Shown here piece after piece: positions 59,406 to 64,000 of a stretch of 64,000 nucleotides of DNA. Source of the DNA: an uncultured delta proteobacterium (GTDB lineage Bacteria; Myxococcota_A; Polyangia; Polyangiales; Polyangiaceae); NCBI GenBank assembly GCA_963782055.1, contig CAWAIF010000003.1, positions 3,136,001-3,200,000 of the forward strand. The letters are read 5' to 3'. Made by a program: the position numbers and the translations under genes. Every line of letters starts with the position of its first letter. Positions within the stretch are counted from its first letter, which is position 1. Under the pieces are notes generated by a model. The model had not been told where the DNA came from, ran no database searches, and was given only the letters and a program-made list of their open reading frames with translations.

Positions 59406-61366
59406 GCCGCGACGTGCTCGCCGAGGAAGCGCAGCACGTGGCCGTACCAGGCGCGCGCGTTCTCCGGCCTCAGGATCCAGTGGTTCTCGTCCGGGAAGAC
59501 CACGAGCTCGCTCGGCACGCGGTGGGCCTGCAGCCACTCGAAGAGGATGAGCGCCTCCGAGATGGGCACGCGGTAGTCCTTCTCGCCGTGCAGGACGAGG
59601 GTGGGGGTCTTCCACGCGCCGACGAAGCGGTGAGGGGAGTGCTTCTCGAACTGCGCGCGGTCCACCCACGGGGAGGTGCCCAGCTCGACGTTGAACCAGG
59701 TGCCGTAGTCGCTCGCGCCGAACATGGCCTCGAAGTGGAAGATGCTGGCGTGGGTGACGAGGGCCCGGAAGCGGTCGGTGTGGCCGCCGATCCAGTTCAT
59801 CATGTAGCCGCCGAAGGACCCGCCCATCGCGGCGATGCGGGCGCCGTCGAGGTCCGGCCGCTTCACGACGGCGTCGGTGACGCACATGAGGTCGTCGTAG
59901 CACTGCGCCCCCCACGAGTTCTTCCAGATGCCCTCGACGAAGGCCTGGCCGTAGCCGGTGGACCCGCGCGGGTTGGGCAGCACGACGGCGTAGCCGGCGT
60001 CGGCGAACACGAGGGCGTTCCACCGCCAGTGCCACACGTCGCCCCACTGGTGGATCGGGCCGCCGTGCACCCAGAGGAGGGGGACGACCTTCGCGGGGGT
60101 GGCGGGGCGCAGGAGATAGGAGTCGACGCGCGCGCCGTCGGTGGAGGTCACGTCGAAGCGCGACACCACCATGCTCCCGGCGTCCTTCGGGTCGAAGCCG
60201 GAGAGACGCGCGAGCAGGCGCGGCTCGGCGCCCTCCTCCGGTTCGAGGGTGAAGGGCTCGGGGGGTTGCAGCAGGGTGTGGCGCACGCCGACGACGTGGC
60301 CCTGGCGGGTGACGGCGAGCCCCTCGTGCGTCCCGCCCGCGGACTCGGCGGTGACGCGGGTGATGGTGTCCTTCGCGGTGTCCACGACGTAGACCGGGAC
60401 GTGGCCCTCGGCGTCGGCGCTGGCGACCAGGTGCGTCTCGTCGAGGAAGGCCTGAGGGACGGGCCAGCCGTCGAAGTGCTTGCAGAGTACACGGACCTCG
60501 CCGCCCTCCACGTCGGCCAGGGTGAGCTCGCGGGGGCCGTGCGCCTCGGGGGAGCGGGTGTTGCGGCTGAGGGCGACGGTGCGTCCGCTGGGCGAGAAGA
60601 CCGGCGACTCCCCGTTGGTGCGCGGCTTGCGAGCCAGCACGCGCGAGGCGCCGGTCTTCAGGTCGAAGACGCGCGGGTAGGTGTCGAGGAGGCGATCGTC
60701 GGCGAGGGAGGCCTCCGTGACGACGGCCCTGGTGCCGTCGCGCGAGACATCGAAGCTCACGTCCCCGCGGTACTGGCGGTCGGCGTCGGGCGTGAGATCG
60801 CGCCGCCCCTTGCCCTGCGCGTCGTACGCGATGACGTGCGGCGCGGCCCGGCCGAGCCACTGGTCCCAGTGGCGCACCGGGGTGTGGGTATAGTGCAGGT
60901 CGGTCGGGCCCTTCTTCGCGAGGTCCTTCGCCCGGGCGCGCTGCTCGTCGTGTGGCACCCCGGGGAGGACCTCCGCCAGCACGCAGAGGGCGTCGCCGTC
61001 GGCGGCGAACTGGAAGGCGAGGACGCCCAGCGGCTCGTCGGTGAGGGGGAAGGGCTCGCCCCCGGTCGCGCGAAGGATCCACACCTGATCGCGGCGGTCC
61101 TCCTTGCCGTCACCGTCGGTGGGGCGGTCGGAGAGGAAGCCCAGGGCGCCGTCGCGCCGGAAGGAGGGTGCGCGATCGCGGTGCTTGCCCCGGGTGAGCT
61201 GGACCGGCGCGCCGCCGTCCAGCGGCACGCGCCAGAGCTCGGTCGTGTATTTCTGCTCCTCCGCGTCGAGGCGCGAGACGGGCACCGCGACCCAGGTGCC
61301 GTCGGGGGAGGGGACGGCGGCGCCGACGCGCCCGAGGTCGAGCAAGCGATCGATCGTGAAGGCCAT
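59402..61366 (-). CDS. S9 family prolyl oligopeptidase / acylaminoacyl peptidase
   Basis: Beta-propeller repeats; VHGGP, NPRGSTGYG, GGSFGG, HGEKDYRV, DENH. Confidence 0.94.
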   Translation of the reverse strand: MAFTIDRLLDLGRVGAAVPSPDGTWVAVPVSRLDAEEQKYTTELWRVPLDGGAPVQLTRGKHRDRAPSFRRDGALGFLSDRPTDGDGKEDRRDQVWILRATGGEPFPLTDEPLGVLAFQFAADGDALCVLAEVLPGVPHDEQRARAKDLAKKGPTDLHYTHTPVRHWDQWLGRAAPHVIAYDAQGKGRRDLTPDADRQYRGDVSFDVSRDGTRAVVTEASLADDRLLDTYPRVFDLKTGASRVLARKPRTNGESPVFSPSGRTVALSRNTRSPEAHGPRELTLADVEGGEVRVLCKHFDGWPVPQAFLDETHLVASADAEGHVPVYVVDTAKDTITRVTAESAGGTHEGLAVTRQGHVVGVRHTLLQPPEPFTLEPEEGAEPRLLARLSGFDPKDAGSMVVSRFDVTSTDGARVDSYLLRPATPAKVVPLLWVHGGPIHQWGDVWHWRWNALVFADAGYAVVLPNPRGSTGYGQAFVEGIWKNSWGAQCYDDLMCVTDAVVKRPDLDGARIAAMGGSFGGYMMNWIGGHTDRFRALVTHASIFHFEAMFGASDYGTWFNVELGTSPWVDRAQFEKHSPHRFVGAWKTPTLVLHGEKDYRVPISEALILFEWLQAHRVPSELVVFPDENHWILRPENARAWYGHVLRFLGEHVAA

Positions 61367-61509
61367 GGCGCGGAAGGATAGCCGAAAGGGCCGCGCCCGC
61401 GCCCCCTCCACGAATTCCCCGCGAAACGCGTCATTGCACGCGTGCTAGCAGTCGCTCGGGCGACGCCCGCGGGCGGGGGGAGAGCCGGCCCGGGGCGGGC
61501 GTTCCTCCC

Positions 61510-62706
61510 TCAGAAGAGGCGGGCGATGGTGTCGTCGGCCAGGACCCAGGCGCGCGCAGGGATCCGGAGCGTGCCGCCGTCGCGGGTGAGCCGGCCTCGC
61601 TCGATCAGACGGGCCACCTCGGCCTCGCGCTCGCGTGTCCACGGCGCGATCCCGAGATCGACGCCCGCGGCGTCGAGGTCGACGCCCTCCGCGGTGCGGA
61701 GGCCGAGCATGATGCGTTCGCGGAGCAAGGCGGCCGCGTCCAGGGGCTCCGTGGACGCGGCCGCGGTCCCCTGCGCCATGTACTTCGCGGGGTCCGGCGG
61801 GTTGCGCCAGCGGACGCCGCCGGAATCGTTTCGAACGAATCCGTAGGCGGCGCACCCGAGCCCCAGGTACTCCTCCCCACGCCAGTACCCGAGGTTGTGT
61901 CGCGCCTCCTCCCCCTGCACGGCGTAGTTGGAGATCTCGTAGTGCCCGAACCCGCGCGAGGCGAGGGTGTCCTCGATGGCAGCGAAACCCTCGGCCACCG
62001 CGCCGTCGTCGGCGAGCGGCAGTCGGCCACGCCGCGCCAGCTCGCCGAAGCGCGTGCCCGGCTCGATGGTGAGCTGGTAGCAGGAGAGGTGCCGGAGGCC
62101 CAGATCGGCAAGAAACGAGGCCTGGGCGCGCGCGTCGTCGGGCGACTGGCCGGGCAGGCCGAAGATGATGTCGGTCGAGACGCGCGGCAGGTCGGAGGCG
62201 AGCGCGTCGCGAACGGCGTCGAGGGCGCCCTCGGGGTCGTGAAGCCGGCCGAGGAAGTCGAGCTGCTCCGGGCGGAGGGACTGCGTGCCGATGGAGACGC
62301 GGTTCACGCCCACGGCCGCGAGCGCGTCCGCACGCGCCCGGTCGAAGGAGGTGGGGTTGCACTCCACCGTCACCTCCAGGTCGGAAGATATATTCAAACG
62401 ATTTTTTAGGGCGCCGAGGACGCGCCCGAGCGCGTCCGGCGACCAGAGGCTGGGGGTGCCGCCCCCGAAGAAGACGCTGGCCACCGTCCGGCCAGAGAAG
62501 GTCGCAGCGCGCGCGTCCAGCTCCCGGATCACCGCGTCGGCGTAGCCCTCGTGATCGATGGCGTCCCGGGGCTTCGCGTAAGACACGAAGTCGCAGTACG
62601 GGCACTTCGCCAGGCACCACGGAAAGTGCACGTAGACGGACGCCCGCCTGGGTGACGAGGCACCGGCGCACGCGCCGGCAGAGCCAGCCTCGGTGGAGCG
62701 AATCAC
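61510..62706 (-). CDS. hemW: radical SAM heme chaperone
   Basis: YVHFPWCLAKCPYCDF, FFGGGTPS, YEISNYA, HNLGYW; start uncertain. Confidence 0.9.
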   Translation of the reverse strand: MIRSTEAGSAGACAGASSPRRASVYVHFPWCLAKCPYCDFVSYAKPRDAIDHEGYADAVIRELDARAATFSGRTVASVFFGGGTPSLWSPDALGRVLGALKNRLNISSDLEVTVECNPTSFDRARADALAAVGVNRVSIGTQSLRPEQLDFLGRLHDPEGALDAVRDALASDLPRVSTDIIFGLPGQSPDDARAQASFLADLGLRHLSCYQLTIEPGTRFGELARRGRLPLADDGAVAEGFAAIEDTLASRGFGHYEISNYAVQGEEARHNLGYWRGEEYLGLGCAAYGFVRNDSGGVRWRNPPDPAKYMAQGTAAASTEPLDAAALLRERIMLGLRTAEGVDLDAAGVDLGIAPWTREREAEVARLIERGRLTRDGGTLRIPARAWVLADDTIARLF

Positions 62707-62823
62707 GGGGGGAGGCTAGCACCGCGCTGTGTCCGCGACCCTCCTCGTCCACCAGACTCCATGGCCCTGCCAGGAGCGCAGCCGCCCTGTCCCCCCTGTC
62801 CCCCCTCCCTGTCCCCGGACACC

Positions 62824-62861
62824 AAACGTCGAACTGCGAGCAGGCTAGCACTTCGACGTTT
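62824..62861. promoter_or_regulatory. perfect 10-bp inverted repeat upstream of the MarR gene
   Basis: AAACGTCGAA-N18-TTCGACGTTT. Confidence 0.45.
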
Positions 62862-62915
62862 CGCCGGGTTTCTGCGGGGAGGGGGGGTGGCATGGGAGGT
62901 GCTCTGGGGGGTGGG

Positions 62916-63512
62916 ATGGATCCTGTGTTCTTCACGATCAAGCGGGCCTATTACGCGACGCTCAGGCTGACGCGGCGGGCGCTCCGGGCGATCGGGCTCA
63001 CGCCGGCACGCTACGACCTGCTCGATGCGCTCTACCGGCTCGGCACGGGCTGCGTTCACCTGCAGAGCCACCTTCGACGCGGGCTCGGCGTGGCGCGGTC
63101 GACCATCAGCCGGATGATGCGGTCGCTCGAGCAGCTGGGGCTGGTGACCCGACGGCGCGACGGGCGCGATTGCGTCGTCGCGCTCACGCCGGAGGGGCGT
63201 CGCCGCGTCCGCCGCGCCTTCTTCGGGCTGGTGCTCGTCGGGCACGTCGGGCTCGCCCTCGACGGCGCGCTCGCGCCCGGCGAGCGCCGGTGGCCGGCGG
63301 CGCGGGCGTGCGCGAGAGCCCGCAGGCACCTCGAAGTGCTCTGCATGCGCATCCGCCTCGGCTTCGGCGACGAGGCCACCCTCGACCGGCTCACCGAGCA
63401 CGGGTTCTGGGTCCTCCGGGCCGACGAACGGGCGCGCCGCGCACGGGCGCGCCGGGAGCACCACCGGCGCCAGCTCGACCGTGCGGGTTCGGCCACCGCC
63501 TCGCCGGGGTGA
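62916..63512 (+). CDS. MarR family transcriptional regulator
   Basis: GLTPARYDLL, LGVARSTISRMMRSLEQLGLVTR..DGR..VALTPEG. Confidence 0.85.
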   Translation: MDPVFFTIKRAYYATLRLTRRALRAIGLTPARYDLLDALYRLGTGCVHLQSHLRRGLGVARSTISRMMRSLEQLGLVTRRRDGRDCVVALTPEGRRRVRRAFFGLVLVGHVGLALDGALAPGERRWPAARACARARRHLEVLCMRIRLGFGDEATLDRLTEHGFWVLRADERARRARARREHHRRQLDRAGSATASPG

Positions 63513-63662
63513 GCCCTGAACGTCGTTTCAAACGAATAAATCGGCTGGCTGGCGGCTCCAGGGACGGCAGCCCGCGCCGGCGGCGGGCACCCCCCCAAAC
63601 CACCTCACCCACCAGGCGGCGGCAGCTTCCACCCCCCCCCGCCCACGGCCCGGCGCAGGCTG

Positions 63663-63678
63663 TGCAATTGCCCTGCCA
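63663..63678 (-). promoter_or_regulatory. putative sigma-54 promoter
   Basis: Minus strand TGGCAGGGCAATTGCA matches TGGCACG-N4-TTGC(A/T) with exact GG-N10-GC spacing. Confidence 0.5.
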
Positions 63679-63739
63679 ATTTGCCGGTGTTACGTTCTTG
63701 TGCCCGTGTTTTTCCTCGCGGGAACGTCCAACGACACGA

Positions 63740-64000
63740 ATGCTCCAGGCAGATGACATCGTCCAGCGCGTGATGGCCTACCAGCCGTCCGCCGACGCCG
63801 CCCTCATTCAGCGGGCGTACGACTACAGCTTCAAGGCTCACTCCGGCCAGCTGCGGAAGTCAGGCGATCCTTACTTCGTACACCCCGCCAGCGTCGCCGG
63901 GATCATCACCGAGCTGCGACTGGACACGGCGAGCATCTGCGCCGGCCTCCTCCACGATGTCGTGGAGGACACGCTCGCGACCACCAAGGACATCGAGAAG
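63740..64000 (+). CDS. RelA/SpoT (p)ppGpp synthetase/hydrolase, 5' part (runs off the window)
   Basis: My translation: MLQADDIVQRV...AHSGQLRKSGDPYFVHP...AGLLHDVVEDT (HD hydrolase domain). Confidence 0.93.
   Translation, partial: MLQADDIVQRVMAYQPSADAALIQRAYDYSFKAHSGQLRKSGDPYFVHPASVAGIITELRLDTASICAGLLHDVVEDTLATTKDIEK

Noticed and set aside
63516..63531. Myxobacterial LexA box (CTGAAC-N4-GTTCAG-like)
   Set aside because: The right half-site has two mismatches and overlaps the separate 13-bp palindrome; support is insufficient.

Overview
A very GC-rich (about 70%+ by eye) chromosomal window. Gene content points to a myxobacterium, probably Polyangiales-like; this is inferred from the MglA-type GTPase, Cys-rich lipoproteins, PilZ and pilin-like proteins. 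Most genes are housekeeping: gatC, rpsB-tsf, thiG/thiE/thiL, gatB, ftsB, thrB, bcp, nrdJ with tandem NrdR boxes, hemW, the 5' end of relA/spoT, a methylmalonyl-CoA mutase catalytic subunit, several peptidases and signalling kinases. No rRNA, tRNA or CRISPR array was seen. Five things stand out. (1) A group II intron (33263-~35299) sits directly after the RBS+ATG of a HEAT-repeat gene. Its 3' end rebuilds a near-identical RBS+ATG, and its RT ORF is in frame with the host start codon through the whole ribozyme 5' region. (2) A lipid locus combines an SPT-like alpha-oxoamine synthase, a KS/chain-length-factor pair, a fatty acyl-AMP ligase, two or three ACPs and an orphan DGQHR protein. (3) A B12-binding radical SAM enzyme carries a C-terminal lipoprotein-signal-like segment followed by five D-P-x-P repeats, a possible fused substrate. 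(4) An AT-rich 13-bp palindrome, TCGTTTSAAACGA, recurs both inside and between genes. (5) An M48 peptidase is paired with a dynamin-like GTPase that carries a single-base frameshift. Family assignments come from motif recognition only; no database search was run.
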